Assembly (NCBI GenBank): GCA_016699085.1
Contig: CP064958.1
Location: 540,619-604,618 of the forward strand
Direction: 5' to 3'
DNA length: 64,000 bases
DNA from: Candidatus Nomurabacteria bacterium
Lineage (GTDB): Bacteria > Patescibacteriota > Minisyncoccia > Phycocordibacterales > UBA9973
This document shows, one piece after another, positions 36,721 through 47,529 of this stretch (position 1 is its first letter; each line of letters starts with the position of its first letter). Position numbers and translations under genes: made by a program. The notes below the pieces were generated by a model. The model was not told where the DNA came from. It ran no database searches and saw nothing but the letters and a program-made list of their open reading frames with translations.

Positions 36721-37470
36721 ATGAATATTGAAGACTTAACAAAAACACAACTTGTCTTCCTCTTGCTTCTCATCACGTTTGTTACTTCGATTGCGACTAC
36801 CATAGCGACCTATACGCTTTTAGGCACAACACCAGCATCAGTTACAAGTGTTATCAATCGTGTTATTGAGCGAACAATAGAGAAAAATCCAATTGAGGAT
36901 ACAGTAACACCTGTGCAGTCAGTTTTGGTGAGTGAGCAAGATAAATTACTTGCTGTTATTGCAAAATATAAAAATGCAGTAGTCACAGTTGCTTCATCTG
37001 TCAACACAGATTCGTATACAGGGACTGTACTCGATACACAAGGTCATGTCGCGATGGTTGATGTACTTAACTTCACTAACCCTTTTACTGTATCAATCAA
37101 CAAAGAAATATATGATACGACATATGTACGGACCGAAGGAGATTTGGCACTGTATAGAATATTACCAAAGCCAGGCATAGCATTTACATTTGTGCCACTG
37201 CCAATTACTAGTTCACGGTCACCACAAATTGGGGAAGTTGTACTTTTCTTGGGACCTCAAGGTACATTTATTAATAAAGGTACAGTGACAAAAATTATAG
37301 GCGAAAATAGTTCTCAAGCATTTGAAACAACGGTCCCGTTGACCACTGAGCTTACTGGATTGCCGATATTTGGACTCGATGGGAAATTATTAGGGTTTGT
37401 TGATCATGACGCTTTACATATGCCTATAATTCAAAATCCAAGTAAGCTCACTGAACTGTTGCAACCATAG
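36721..37470 (+). CDS. membrane-anchored trypsin-like (S1C/HtrA-like) domain protein, possibly catalytically degenerate
   Basis: His (TQGHVAMV) and Asp (DLALYRI) regions are present, but the GNSGGP serine box is replaced by TGLPIFGLDG. Confidence 0.4.
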   Translation: MNIEDLTKTQLVFLLLLITFVTSIATTIATYTLLGTTPASVTSVINRVIERTIEKNPIEDTVTPVQSVLVSEQDKLLAVIAKYKNAVVTVASSVNTDSYTGTVLDTQGHVAMVDVLNFTNPFTVSINKEIYDTTYVRTEGDLALYRILPKPGIAFTFVPLPITSSRSPQIGEVVLFLGPQGTFINKGTVTKIIGENSSQAFETTVPLTTELTGLPIFGLDGKLLGFVDHDALHMPIIQNPSKLTELLQP

Positions 37471-37546
37471 GCATTGACAAAATATTATAAAGTTTCATAA
37501 TGTAGATTCAGTCATTAATACTTGACGCATTCGTTATACTATACAT

Positions 37547-40240
37547 ATGCAACCATTCAATAATTTCACAACAAAAGCCAAAGAAGCCATACGCAAAGCT
37601 CATGAGCTGGCAATCGAGCGTGGGCAAAATCACGTTAACTCGATTCACTTATTGACCGCACTTGTGTTACAAGAAGAGTCAATGGTTATTTCTGTGCTTG
37701 ACCGACTCGAAGTAGATACGGTTCTCCTTACTGATTCATTGCTCGAATCGATAGAATCTGCTGAGTCACGTACTACAGTTTCACCTTCGTATCAAATATT
37801 TCTTACCCCTGATTTGGCCCAAGTGATCGAGCACTCAAGTAAAATTGCGCAGTATCTTAAAGATGAATTTGTTTCAACTGAGCACTTACTCGTTGCGATA
37901 CTCGAAGTACCATCTGAAGCAAAAGAAATCATCAGTAAGTTTCGAATTACTAAAGAGCAAATACTTAAAGTACTCGAAGAGTTTAGAGCAAATAATATTA
38001 CTGATGCTGAGACGCCAAAGAAATTCCGTGTCCTAACTAAATTTACAAGAAATCTCACTAAGCTTGCACGCGAAGATAAGCTGGATCCTGTGATTGGTCG
38101 TGATACGGAAATCATGCGCATTATGCAGATTCTTTCTCGTCGTACAAAAAATAATCCAATACTCATCGGTGAGGCAGGTACCGGCAAGACCGCTGTTGTT
38201 GAGGGGCTTGCACTTCGAATCACAAAAGGTGAGGTGCCAGAATCTTTAAAAGATAAAGAACTTGTTTCGCTTGATCTGGGGTCACTCTTGGCTGGTACTA
38301 AATATCGGGGAGAATTTGAAGAGCGTCTCAAAGCTATTATGAAAGAGATCGAGCGTTCTGACGGCAAGATAATTTTATTTGTCGACGAAATTCACACAAT
38401 AGTTGGTGCAGGATCAACTGAAGGATCGCTCGATGCAGCAAATATGTTAAAGCCGGCACTTGCTCGGGGGGAACTCAGAGCTATCGGAGCAACAACACTG
38501 AAGGAATATCAGAAGCATATCGAAAAAGATCCAGCACTCGCACGACGATTCCAACCAGTCTTTATTGATGAGCCATCACCTGAGGATGCTATTGCAATAT
38601 TGCGTGGGCTCAAGGAAAAGTATGAGTTATATCATGGCGTTAGAATTACAGACGATGCAATTATCGCAGCTGTCCAGCTTTCGTCGCGCTATATAACCAA
38701 TCGCTACTTGCCTGATAAGGCAGTTGATCTGATCGATGAAGCATCATCGGCACTGCGGATCGCACTTGAGAACAAGCCACCACTACTCGAAGAGGCGCAT
38801 CGGAAAATTATGCGACTTGAAATAGAAAAAGAAGCGCTTAAAAAAGAGCTTGAAGTTCATGAGTCAGATAAAGCTACCAAAGCTCGTGTCAAAATCATCG
38901 ACAAGGAAATTGCTAATCTTAAAGAAAAGACTCGGGAACTTGAACTCAAGTGGCAAAATGAAAAGGAGACGGTTACTGAAATCAGGAGTATTAAGAAAGA
39001 ATTAGAGGCACTTCGCCTCGAAGCTGAGTCTGCAGAAGTGCGAGCTGACCTAGGGCGTGCTGCAGAGATACGCTATGGCAAAATTCCAACACTGCAAAAG
39101 GAGCTTGAAACCAAATCAAATCGTTTGAAAAAATTGCAAAAATCACGCCGAATTCTAAAGGAAGAAATAATTGAAGAGGATATTGCTGAAGTGGTATCAC
39201 GCTGGACTGGCATACCACTTGTAAAAATGCTCGAAGAAGAACGTACTAAGCTTGCGCGCATGGAAGCTGAACTTAAAAAGCGCGTGGTTGGGCAAGATGA
39301 AGCTATCAAAAAGATCGCTGATGTTGTGAGACGTTCACGGGCTGGGATCGCCGATCCAAATCGTCCTATCGGATCCTTTATATTTTTGGGCCCGACAGGT
39401 GTGGGAAAGACAGAGCTAACTAAAGCATTGGCTCAGTTTATGTTCAATGATGATAAAGCGCTTATTAGGATTGATATGAGTGAATATATGGAACGGCATA
39501 GTATATCGAAATTGCTAGGCTCTCCTCCAGGATATGTTGGCTACGATGAATCTGGACAACTAACTGAAGCCATCCGTCATCGCCCATACTCAGTGATACT
39601 TTTTGATGAAATTGAAAAGGCACATCCAGAAGTCTTCAATATACTTCTCCAGGTCTTGGATGAAGGTCGTATGACTGACGGAAAGGGAAGAGTGGTAAAC
39701 TTCAAAAATGCGATTATTATATTGACCTCTAATAGCGGATCAAACTTTATCGATAAAATGGAATCAATGGGCTTTACCGCCAAAGATACTCAAGCTGAAT
39801 ACGCTTCTATGAAAGAGCGCGTACTAGAAAGTCTCAAAGATTACTTCCGCCCAGAATTTCTAAATCGACTCGATGAAGTGATTGTCTTTGATGTGTTATC
39901 TCCAGAAGTTATCCGACAAATCGTCACGATTCGAGTACAGCTGGTGATCGAGCGGTTGGGGCAAAAAGAAATTAAATTAGAATTAAGTGATGCGGCATAT
40001 ATGTATCTCGCTAAAGAAGGATACAATCCCCACTATGGTGCGCGCCCACTCAATCGTCTCATCCAGACGAAGATTTTGAGTCCTGTTGCAATGCATATCA
40101 TCGAAGGTGGCGTTGGGAAAGGTGATGCCGTTATTGTCGATGTTAAAGACAATGAGCTTACAATTGAAACTAAGAAAATGAAAAGTAAAGCAAGGATTAA
40201 AAGTTCGATTCAAATGAGAAATTCAGAGCAAACAGTATAA
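37547..40240 (+). CDS. clpB: ATP-dependent chaperone ClpB
   Basis: Two AAA+ modules, a coiled-coil middle domain, and N-domain repeats. Confidence 0.95.
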   Translation: MQPFNNFTTKAKEAIRKAHELAIERGQNHVNSIHLLTALVLQEESMVISVLDRLEVDTVLLTDSLLESIESAESRTTVSPSYQIFLTPDLAQVIEHSSKIAQYLKDEFVSTEHLLVAILEVPSEAKEIISKFRITKEQILKVLEEFRANNITDAETPKKFRVLTKFTRNLTKLAREDKLDPVIGRDTEIMRIMQILSRRTKNNPILIGEAGTGKTAVVEGLALRITKGEVPESLKDKELVSLDLGSLLAGTKYRGEFEERLKAIMKEIERSDGKIILFVDEIHTIVGAGSTEGSLDAANMLKPALARGELRAIGATTLKEYQKHIEKDPALARRFQPVFIDEPSPEDAIAILRGLKEKYELYHGVRITDDAIIAAVQLSSRYITNRYLPDKAVDLIDEASSALRIALENKPPLLEEAHRKIMRLEIEKEALKKELEVHESDKATKARVKIIDKEIANLKEKTRELELKWQNEKETVTEIRSIKKELEALRLEAESAEVRADLGRAAEIRYGKIPTLQKELETKSNRLKKLQKSRRILKEEIIEEDIAEVVSRWTGIPLVKMLEEERTKLARMEAELKKRVVGQDEAIKKIADVVRRSRAGIADPNRPIGSFIFLGPTGVGKTELTKALAQFMFNDDKALIRIDMSEYMERHSISKLLGSPPGYVGYDESGQLTEAIRHRPYSVILFDEIEKAHPEVFNILLQVLDEGRMTDGKGRVVNFKNAIIILTSNSGSNFIDKMESMGFTAKDTQAEYASMKERVLESLKDYFRPEFLNRLDEVIVFDVLSPEVIRQIVTIRVQLVIERLGQKEIKLELSDAAYMYLAKEGYNPHYGARPLNRLIQTKILSPVAMHIIEGGVGKGDAVIVDVKDNELTIETKKMKSKARIKSSIQMRNSEQTV

Positions 40241-40276
40241 AAACGAAAACACCCAAATGGGTGTTTTCGTTTTTAT
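40240..40276 (+). terminator. intrinsic terminator after clpB
   Basis: aaaacgaaaacacccaaatgggtgttttcgtttttat. Confidence 0.85.
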
Positions 40277-40316
40277 ACTTGTAGACTTCTCTATTAAGAA
40301 ACTGTAGAATTGGCAC

Positions 40317-41705
40317 ATGGAAGGAAGAAAAGCACCATCATTAATCGAGACAAAAAAGGGGACTAGGCCCAAGCCAGAGGATGCATATGGCGAAAATCAG
40401 GTAATTAGCAAATATCCTAAAAAACGTGAGGAAGGCAATAGCAGCATAGAAGAAATTCGTGAGTTGCTTGCCCAAGGTGTCGACCGAATTGTGGTGCATG
40501 GTAATACCAAGGAGCTCCTAGGTGGACAGAAACATTTAATCTCGGAGCCTGATCTTGATGTTTTGGGGGCAACGTACTTGCTTAATACACTTACCAAAAA
40601 TGGCAAACCGCTTGTCTCGTATAATATGGGAGATCTGAATCGCGATGGAGCCTATAGTGAAATTGTCCCTAAAGGATCAAAAGCTATTAATCCTACACAA
40701 CGTGGTGAAGTGATTGTGCATATTGATACTGGAGAGGAATCATTTTCTGTAGAAACTCAAAATGGCACTAAAACTATATATATTGACCACCATGGCAAAG
40801 AGAAAGAAAAACGTCCAACATCTGCAACAAGCATTATGGCGGAAGTGTTAGGCCATTCAGATACCTGGAGAGAAAAGCCGTGGCTCAACAACTTCGTCAA
40901 ATTTGTTAATGCAGCTGATAACCTGTCATATGTTGATGATATGCGAGATGGTAAAAGAATGTTTAATGAGGGATCGTTTCAAAGTGCGTGGCCAAAATCT
41001 CTCTATGCTTTGTATAAAGAATTACCTTTCGATATGATCCTCAAGCTTTTTGAGGAGAAACGAGATCCATGGAAACCGTTTACAGAGGATGAACTTACAG
41101 GAAAAGATAAAAACTTTCTTCTCACGAAAAAAGTCACTAAGAAAGGATGGAAAGCCACCAAAGAAGAAAATGCACTTCTAGCAAAAGATCCTGAGAAAAA
41201 GTCAGATGAAGAGAAAAAGGCAACATTAGCGATATTTAAAGATATATATGAAATTAAAACTTCAACCATACATGAAGTAGTTAAGACATTACAAGAAACT
41301 GCAAAATATTCAGTTTGGTCTGCCAAAAACGCAGATATCATTGCAAGGCGAGAAGCTATTCGTACTGAAACTAAGGATCTCGGCACTTTTACCTATCATA
41401 ACTATGGTCAGTTACCAGATAAAGATGATCCAAAAAAAATGTATGTTAATACGTTTCCACCATTCGAGTTTGGATTTCTCAGTGCAAAAGCCCTGGGTAA
41501 TGAGACCTTCCTTTCATTTAATCCTAAAAACAGATCTGTGTATGTTAATTCATCGCGAGACCTGATGCCGGTATTTCAGAAACTAGAAAAGGTATGCCCG
41601 GGTCTTAAATTGATCAGAGGTGTCATGATTTTATCGCCCCGGGGTGAGGAGACGTGTCCAGGTCTTACTGAAGCAAAATTTATACAAATATTAGGGCTGA
41701 AATAA
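40317..41705 (+). CDS. hypothetical protein with N-terminal DHH-phosphoesterase-like motifs
   Basis: HGNT...DLDVLGAT and IYIDHHG motifs; the remainder has no recognisable motifs. Confidence 0.35.
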   Translation: MEGRKAPSLIETKKGTRPKPEDAYGENQVISKYPKKREEGNSSIEEIRELLAQGVDRIVVHGNTKELLGGQKHLISEPDLDVLGATYLLNTLTKNGKPLVSYNMGDLNRDGAYSEIVPKGSKAINPTQRGEVIVHIDTGEESFSVETQNGTKTIYIDHHGKEKEKRPTSATSIMAEVLGHSDTWREKPWLNNFVKFVNAADNLSYVDDMRDGKRMFNEGSFQSAWPKSLYALYKELPFDMILKLFEEKRDPWKPFTEDELTGKDKNFLLTKKVTKKGWKATKEENALLAKDPEKKSDEEKKATLAIFKDIYEIKTSTIHEVVKTLQETAKYSVWSAKNADIIARREAIRTETKDLGTFTYHNYGQLPDKDDPKKMYVNTFPPFEFGFLSAKALGNETFLSFNPKNRSVYVNSSRDLMPVFQKLEKVCPGLKLIRGVMILSPRGEETCPGLTEAKFIQILGLK

Positions 41706-41790
41706 AAATTAGGATAAAACTCTTGCCTACATGAGGTATTTATTCGTTGCCGTTAGACAAATATGAAGTTTTAAGTATAATCGATGTATT

Positions 41791-41876
41791 GCGTCGGTGG
41801 TAGAGTGGTCAATTACAACAGACTGTAAATCTGTCGCCTTCGGGCTACGAAGGTTCGAATCCTTCCCGACGCACCA
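41791..41876 (+). tRNA. tRNA-Tyr (GTA)
   Basis: Acceptor GCGTCGG/CCGACGC, anticodon loop CTGTAAA, long variable arm, CCA encoded. Confidence 0.85.
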
Positions 41877-41984
41877 GAATAGAACTTAGCGGTTTCTTCG
41901 AAACCAAGGAATGGGCGTGCCGAAGGCACGCCCATTCTGTTTGCCCTGATTTTACGGGCGGGTAACTGGAAAAAATATCTAAAA

Positions 41985-42794
41985 ATGATAAAGTATGAAT
42001 ACTTTATGGAATCTTTAGATAACCGCAAACCTCTTACTGGCGGAAAGAAAAAAATTGAAGAATACGTCAATCGTATAAAAAACGGAGAATCTAAAGATTC
42101 CATTTTTCAAGGTTTGCCAGAATCATTTATATCTGGTGTCAAAAAAAAACTTGTAGAGCCACCTGATGAAAAAACGAAACAAGAATTAAATGAAATTCCT
42201 TCGCAGTATAAAGGATTAGATTTTGAAATTCTAAAAACACAAAGACGTGAAGCTGATCAAAAAAAGATTGAGGAACTGAGAAAACAATTAGGAGTCACTG
42301 AAGAACACCTAGATAAAAAAAATATTAATTATGATTTACTAAAACCTGAAGAAGTCTTGATAAAACTTGCAGAATATTGTGAGCCCTATATGAGTGCTCC
42401 ACGAGAGGCTGTACAAGATGGTACGTTTGCAGGTGTAGCGAAACTTAAGATTGAAGCAGGAAATATTGTTCTTATTCGCCATGCTGCAGATGAGAATCAT
42501 TTAATTAAGCAAGGAAAAAATGCATCCGCGCAAGAAATGATGGATTCCAGTTTGTTTTCTGGTGGATCCCATGAAGCAGGAGCAGTTCATACCTCCGCAG
42601 ATGTTGAGAATTGGATTGGTAGATATGAGAGATATCCAGTATATGGAGAATTTCGAATACCGGTAAAAGATTTTTTAGATTTGGCAAAAGAAGGTAAAGT
42701 GATTATTGGTAATCTCGGAGAAGCAGAAATTGTAATTTCAGGTGATGTAGCCAAAAAATATCTAACAAAAATTATTGAGAAAGCTAAAGAATAA
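41985..42794 (+). CDS. hypothetical protein (269 aa, Lys-rich)
   Basis: ATG ORF inside the tRNA-Tyr-linked element. Confidence 0.4.
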   Translation: MIKYEYFMESLDNRKPLTGGKKKIEEYVNRIKNGESKDSIFQGLPESFISGVKKKLVEPPDEKTKQELNEIPSQYKGLDFEILKTQRREADQKKIEELRKQLGVTEEHLDKKNINYDLLKPEEVLIKLAEYCEPYMSAPREAVQDGTFAGVAKLKIEAGNIVLIRHAADENHLIKQGKNASAQEMMDSSLFSGGSHEAGAVHTSADVENWIGRYERYPVYGEFRIPVKDFLDLAKEGKVIIGNLGEAEIVISGDVAKKYLTKIIEKAKE

Positions 42795-42800
42795 ATTTTT

Positions 42801-43376
42801 ATGAAAGATGATCTAAGAATAAAACAATTAGAGAAAAAATTTAAGGTCAAAAATATTGGTCTTTTAACTACTGGTCTATTTTTAGAAGATTTCGGTTTAA
42901 CTATACAAATATCAGACGGAATTCTTGATAAAGAAAGTTTGATTGCGCCCTGTATAGTTTTTGAATTATCAAAAAAGCCAAAATTTAGATTTTTGAGTGA
43001 AAATAAATTCCTTAAATCATACCTGACTAAAATTGGCAAAAAGAACATCAAAGAAATGGGTAATCATGAATATATTAATTATATTTTTTCTTCTACAAAA
43101 AACGGTGAAACACGAGAGTATAAAAAATGGAGAGAGAATAATCAGAAGAAAGTTAAATATATTCACTCCCTAATTTCTAAATTTAATAAGAAAAGAAAAA
43201 ATCCAATATTAGAACTTACTCAATTTGAAGATGGTGTTGCACGAATAGATTTTGGAGCTGACGATTCTCTTTTTAATAAAAGACAAAAAATGAGTTTTGT
43301 AAAAAAGAAAAAGCTTTTCGGTGAAATGCTAAATGAGTTTGGCTTATTTTCTACTAATCTGAAAGTACTTAAATAA
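42801..43376 (+). CDS. hypothetical protein (191 aa)
   Basis: ATG ORF inside the tRNA-Tyr-linked element. Confidence 0.4.
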   Translation: MKDDLRIKQLEKKFKVKNIGLLTTGLFLEDFGLTIQISDGILDKESLIAPCIVFELSKKPKFRFLSENKFLKSYLTKIGKKNIKEMGNHEYINYIFSSTKNGETREYKKWRENNQKKVKYIHSLISKFNKKRKNPILELTQFEDGVARIDFGADDSLFNKRQKMSFVKKKKLFGEMLNEFGLFSTNLKVLK

Positions 43377-43838
43377 ATTCAGCCAGTTTTTCTTTTTTAA
43401 TACCCGCCCACCAAAAATCCAAAATGAATCTGCCTCCCATTCCTCCCCAGACTCCTCCTGCGGGGCGGAAGCTTAAACCCCGCCGAATTTCAAAAACCGA
43501 ACTCGCATTTGTATTCGTACACTCCGTCTTTTCCCTTTGGGAAAGCTCTGTGCTTCGCACAGAGGCGCTTCAGTGCACGGATGTCCGATTAGTGTTTGTT
43601 TTGAAAAATTGTTCGAGCTTGGTACAATAGAGACACAAACAAATCCCGAAAGGGATTTTTGTCTTGTGCGTCGAGAGAAAGCCAACTACTTGGCTTTCGT
43701 AAGGATTCGAAAGATTTTTCGTTATCCGTGTATTACGGATCGAAAAATACCTGTGGCAGTCGGCCGAGAAATTCCTTCCCGACGCACAAAAAAATCAATT
43801 ATATCTCATTTACTTGACAGCTTTGCTATACTTGAAAC

Positions 43839-44393
43839 ATGAATACACAAACAGTTATATTTTCTGGAGGATGTTTCTGGTGCACTGAACATGACTTGAG
43901 GGCGCTTACTGGTGTCAACAACGCAATTTCAGGTTATACAGGAGGAAGCGAAAATACAGCAAGGTATAGTGAAGTTGTAAAGGAAACAACAGGGCACAGA
44001 GAGTCAGTTCTGGTGACCTATAATCCCGAAGTAACAAGCTTCAAGAAAATCTGTCAGTTTTTCTTGGACCACATTGATCCAACTGATGCAGGAGGTCAGT
44101 TTGCTGATCGTGGTGAAAGTTACAAAACAGCAATTTACTACGAAAATGAGGAAGAGAAAGCTATTGCAGAAAGTTTACTCAAAGAGCTCGCTGAAAGCGG
44201 TATTTATGACAAAGCGATCGCAGTTGAAGTATTGCCACGACAAGTATTCTACAATGCTGAAGACTATCATCAAGACTATGCTGATAAAAATCCAGGACAT
44301 TATGGTATGTATCGCAAAGGCTCAGGCAGAGAAGACTTTGTGAACCAAGTGTGCCAAATCCGTGATGATAAAAAGGTGCAGTGGAAGGAGTAA
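43839..44393 (+). CDS. msrA: peptide methionine sulfoxide reductase A
   Basis: GGCFWC active-site motif. Confidence 0.9.
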   Translation: MNTQTVIFSGGCFWCTEHDLRALTGVNNAISGYTGGSENTARYSEVVKETTGHRESVLVTYNPEVTSFKKICQFFLDHIDPTDAGGQFADRGESYKTAIYYENEEEKAIAESLLKELAESGIYDKAIAVEVLPRQVFYNAEDYHQDYADKNPGHYGMYRKGSGREDFVNQVCQIRDDKKVQWKE

Positions 44394-44575
44394 AACTAGT
44401 AAATAGCAATAAGTGAGCAGCGAACAGAGTAAGTCAAAGCACTACATGTGCTGTTTTTGAGTTGAGAACGGTTTGAACATCGCAAAGCGAGGTGAGTTTT
44501 CGAAAGGAGAAAACAGTATATTTGGTGCTTCAAATAAGTATTTACAAGGATTTTTTTTCATGCTAAGATACTCCC

Positions 44576-44734
44576 ATGCCGCAAAAACAATTAATTAAGC
44601 TGACCAATAAAGACACAAAAGAGGTCTATTGGACTCGGAAAAACAAGAAGCTCGTGACTCGCAAGATTGAGCTCAAAAAATACAGTAAAAAACTCCGCAA
44701 ACATATCATGTTTAAGGAAGCAAAGAAAAACTAA
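44576..44734 (+). CDS. rpmG: 50S ribosomal protein L33 (non-zinc form), 52 aa; not in the ORF track
   Basis: MPQKQLIKLTNKDTKEVYWTRKNKKLVTRKIELKKYSKKLRKHIMFKEAKKN matches the L33 pattern Y.T.KNK...ELKKY...RKH; followed by terminator aaaaaatcccttaagggatttttt. Confidence 0.75.
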   Translation: MPQKQLIKLTNKDTKEVYWTRKNKKLVTRKIELKKYSKKLRKHIMFKEAKKN

Positions 44735-44754
44735 AAAATCCCTTAAGGGATTTT

Positions 44755-45783
44755 TTAGTTTTCAGTAACTTTTACCTTACAAACAAATATTTTTGGATGT
44801 AAATATGCACCGCTTGCAGTAGGTATTGTAAGATCCAAAATCTCTATGATAGTAAATTTTGATTGCAGTAGCAGTGTGTGCAAAAGAGTATGTTCGGATG
44901 TGTATGCAACTAGTATTCCATTAGGATTTAGAGATCTCTCGCTGTAGTCTAAAAAACATGTATAGAGCTTGTGTAGATCTTCACCTTTGCCGATTTGCAT
45001 ACCAAATGGTAGATCAGAAGTAATAACATCGAAAGTACCTATGGTTGGTGTCGAGTAAATATCCTCAGTTTTAAGAGTAATCTTTTTTAAACTCCCAGCT
45101 TTTTTTATATTTTTTATTGCTTCTGATACAGTTTTTCCATTATTATCAAAACCTACAAGATGTAAGTTTGGATTTATATCTGCCGCTTCGATAAGTAGTG
45201 TTGCACTACCACAAAAGATATTTAGATACGAATGTTGTGAATTTAAATTGCAGAAAGTATTCATTGCATAGGCAATAGTAGGGTTAAGGCCACCTTTTAT
45301 ATTTGCTACTTTATAGTCCCTTAAGGATAGGGGACGCCCACTAAGTCTTACTCCAATTTCCCAAATTGTTCCTATTTTACCTATATAGATTTCTAAATCA
45401 GCATCTTCTGTCTCAGTGATTGTATATGTTTCTGTTATAAATTTTTTTATTGCCTGGATTTCTTTGGTGTCAGAACCTGCACAGCTTAATTTAAATGTTG
45501 TAAATGTATCATTGCTAGTGTTTAAAACAGTTTCAATTAGTTCCCCAAGTATTGATTTATGGTTAGATACATAAAGGGGATTATACTTCGCGTCTTGTTT
45601 AACAAGATAGGCATTCATTACACTTCTAAGGTTAAGCAAATTTCTTGTGTTTTGAATAAAATCAAGATATATCGCATTGTTTGTACTTTTTACAATGGTA
45701 AATTCTGGGTATTGTTTTGTCTCATCGAGGACAACTTCTTTTAATCCTGGAATAAATGTAAGTTTAAGAAAAGTTTGTAGCAT
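44755..45783 (-). CDS. THUMP-domain class I SAM-dependent RNA methyltransferase (RlmL/Trm14-like)
   Basis: NIFCGSATLLIEAA motif I and DLPFG motif IV; ATG 45783 preferred over the GTG track start. Confidence 0.6.
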   Translation of the reverse strand: MLQTFLKLTFIPGLKEVVLDETKQYPEFTIVKSTNNAIYLDFIQNTRNLLNLRSVMNAYLVKQDAKYNPLYVSNHKSILGELIETVLNTSNDTFTTFKLSCAGSDTKEIQAIKKFITETYTITETEDADLEIYIGKIGTIWEIGVRLSGRPLSLRDYKVANIKGGLNPTIAYAMNTFCNLNSQHSYLNIFCGSATLLIEAADINPNLHLVGFDNNGKTVSEAIKNIKKAGSLKKITLKTEDIYSTPTIGTFDVITSDLPFGMQIGKGEDLHKLYTCFLDYSERSLNPNGILVAYTSEHTLLHTLLLQSKFTIIEILDLTIPTASGAYLHPKIFVCKVKVTEN

Positions 45784-45836
45784 TAGTAGGCAAAATAGCA
45801 CAAATAAGCTTACTTTGCTATAGTATTCAAATATTA

Positions 45837-45910
45837 GGGCGATTAGTTTAGTGGTAGAACAGCGGTCTCCAAAACCGCTGGCGGGGGTTCGATTCCCTCA
45901 TCGCCCGCAA
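45837..45910 (+). tRNA. tRNA-Trp (CCA)
   Basis: Acceptor GGGCGAT/ATCGCCC, anticodon loop CTCCAAA. Confidence 0.85.
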
Positions 45911-46036
45911 CTTCGAAGAAGTTATCTTTGGGGGAATCGAAGGCCGGAGCGCACGAAGTCGGTCGAAGACCGGCGCGAGGCGGGGTAGCGGAAATTTTCG
46001 AAGAAAATTATCTGTGACCGATTCCCTCATCGCCCT
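45911..46036 (+). repeat. tRNA-linked conserved element, copy at tRNA-Trp, ending with a duplicate of the tRNA-Trp 3' end (cgattccctcatcgccc)
   Basis: gaatcgaaggccggagcg...acgaggcgggg, hairpin gcggaaattttcgaagaaaattatctgtgacc, then the 17-nt tRNA 3'-end copy. Confidence 0.8.
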
Positions 46037-46045
46037 CAGAATAAA

Positions 46046-46396
46046 ATGAATTTAGACGAAATAAATAAAAAAATAAATCCTAAGAATATTCCTTGGTATT
46101 ATCAGAATCCAACAACCTGGCAAAAAATTCGCTACGTATTTTGCCTTATTTTATTAGTTGCATTTTTTACCATACTCATATGGATTATCATCCAGATCAG
46201 TAAGTATAGTATTCTCTGTAAAAACATGGGCGGGACATACCATCAGACTTGGGGAAAACATCAAAACTATAATCATCCAGATGGTTGCTACCTTGATGAA
46301 TTTCAATATCAGTCAAAACAAGAAGAAATAAATGTACTGACTACAAAATACAAGTCCCATTTTCCATCGCTCAAATTTTATATTCAGCAATTTTAA
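46046..46396 (+). CDS. small membrane protein (hypothetical)
   Basis: One TM; ATG ORF. Confidence 0.4.
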   Translation: MNLDEINKKINPKNIPWYYQNPTTWQKIRYVFCLILLVAFFTILIWIIIQISKYSILCKNMGGTYHQTWGKHQNYNHPDGCYLDEFQYQSKQEEINVLTTKYKSHFPSLKFYIQQF

Positions 46397-47249
46397 ATTT
46401 TCTTGGATCAATCCAATCAATCTCTTTGTTCCTCTTAAACCAAGTCTTTTGCCGCTTGGCATACTGCCAGATTTCTTGCTCAAGTTTCTCCAGCATTTCT
46501 TTTTTGTTTATCTTGCCCTGCAAATATAGTGCAGTATAGCGTACTTCCAAGCCTAGCTCATGCATGCGTTTCCAAGATACACCACTCTCATGGAGTTTCT
46601 TTGCTTCACGTAGCATGCCACTTTTTAATCGGTTTTGAAGTCTGATATGGATTTTTTTCTTTAGAAGTTCATCTGGTACATTAAGTCCAATCCATGTTGT
46701 TTCATATTTGGACAGTCCATGTTTCAAAGGTGGTACTTTGCCAACAGCTTGCACAATTTCAATTGCTCGTATAATTCGAACATTATTATGTCTATCTATT
46801 GTTTTCGCACGGTTGGGGTCAAGCTTTTTCAATAGTACAAAATTTTTCTCAGCAGAATTTAAAGTTAGCTTTTTGCGCAATACTTGGTTTGGTGGGACCT
46901 CTGGCAAGACATTGCCTGAGACGAGTGCATCAATATAAAATCCGGTACCTCCCACAATGATCGGTGTTTTGTCCCTACTTAAAATATCTTGTATTATTTT
47001 TTCTCCAGTCTTTTTGAAATCCGCGACTGTATATGATTTCTTGGGACTAACAATATCGAGCATATGATGGGGGATACCCCGCATCTCTTTTTTAGTGATT
47101 TTACCCGAAAGGAGATTGAGTCCTCTATATACCTGTCTCGAATCCGCAGAAATAATCTCACCTTTGATATTCTTGGCGAGTGTAACTGCAAATGCACTTT
47201 TGCCAGTAGTTGTTGCTCCGACGATGACTATAACTTTGGGTTTTTTCAC
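46371..47249 (-). CDS. miaA: tRNA dimethylallyltransferase
   Basis: P-loop GATTTGKS and DSRQVYRGL; GTG start. Confidence 0.85.
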   Translation of the reverse strand: MKKPKVIVIVGATTTGKSAFAVTLAKNIKGEIISADSRQVYRGLNLLSGKITKKEMRGIPHHMLDIVSPKKSYTVADFKKTGEKIIQDILSRDKTPIIVGGTGFYIDALVSGNVLPEVPPNQVLRKKLTLNSAEKNFVLLKKLDPNRAKTIDRHNNVRIIRAIEIVQAVGKVPPLKHGLSKYETTWIGLNVPDELLKKKIHIRLQNRLKSGMLREAKKLHESGVSWKRMHELGLEVRYTALYLQGKINKKEMLEKLEQEIWQYAKRQKTWFKRNKEIDWIDPRKFKIAEYKI

Positions 47250-47529
47250 ACTCGGAGTATAGTCTTTCGTAATATAGTTGGATACTTGACAAATTTAGAT
47301 AGGTATGATAGGCTTTATTCGAATCAAATTGTATCCAGCATGCAGATCAAAATAGGAAGTTTCATACACTTCCTTTATTTGTTGCCAATGCTGTTGTTGC
47401 CCCCGGTTTTTTTGAAAGTGCCACAGCAATCAATGCCTTACCACCTCCACCAGAGGTTGCGTATGGTTGCTGTTGTACTAAAAACAACAGTATCTCGAAC
47501 ATTGCCCCCTGATCTTTATCGGGGGGCTT

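Larger units (their letters stand above)
41877..43788 (+). mobile_element. about 1.9-kb putative integrated element at the tRNA-Tyr 3' end (two hypothetical genes plus a 400-bp structured non-coding right end), bounded by a 15-17-nt copy of the tRNA-Tyr 3' end
   Basis: ttccttcccgacgcac at 43773-43788 repeats the tRNA 3' end at 41859-41873; the right-end module shares the hairpin gaaagccaac..ttggctttcg and gaaaaatacctgtg with the Asn and Gln elements; no integrase gene. Confidence 0.55.

Noticed and set aside
41813-42103. Track ORFs 41813..42103(-), 61391..61705(-), 62455..62985(-) and 63322..63681(-)
   Set aside because: They overlap tRNA-Tyr, or tRNA-Gln plus the repeat, or are antisense to the long surface-protein reading frame.
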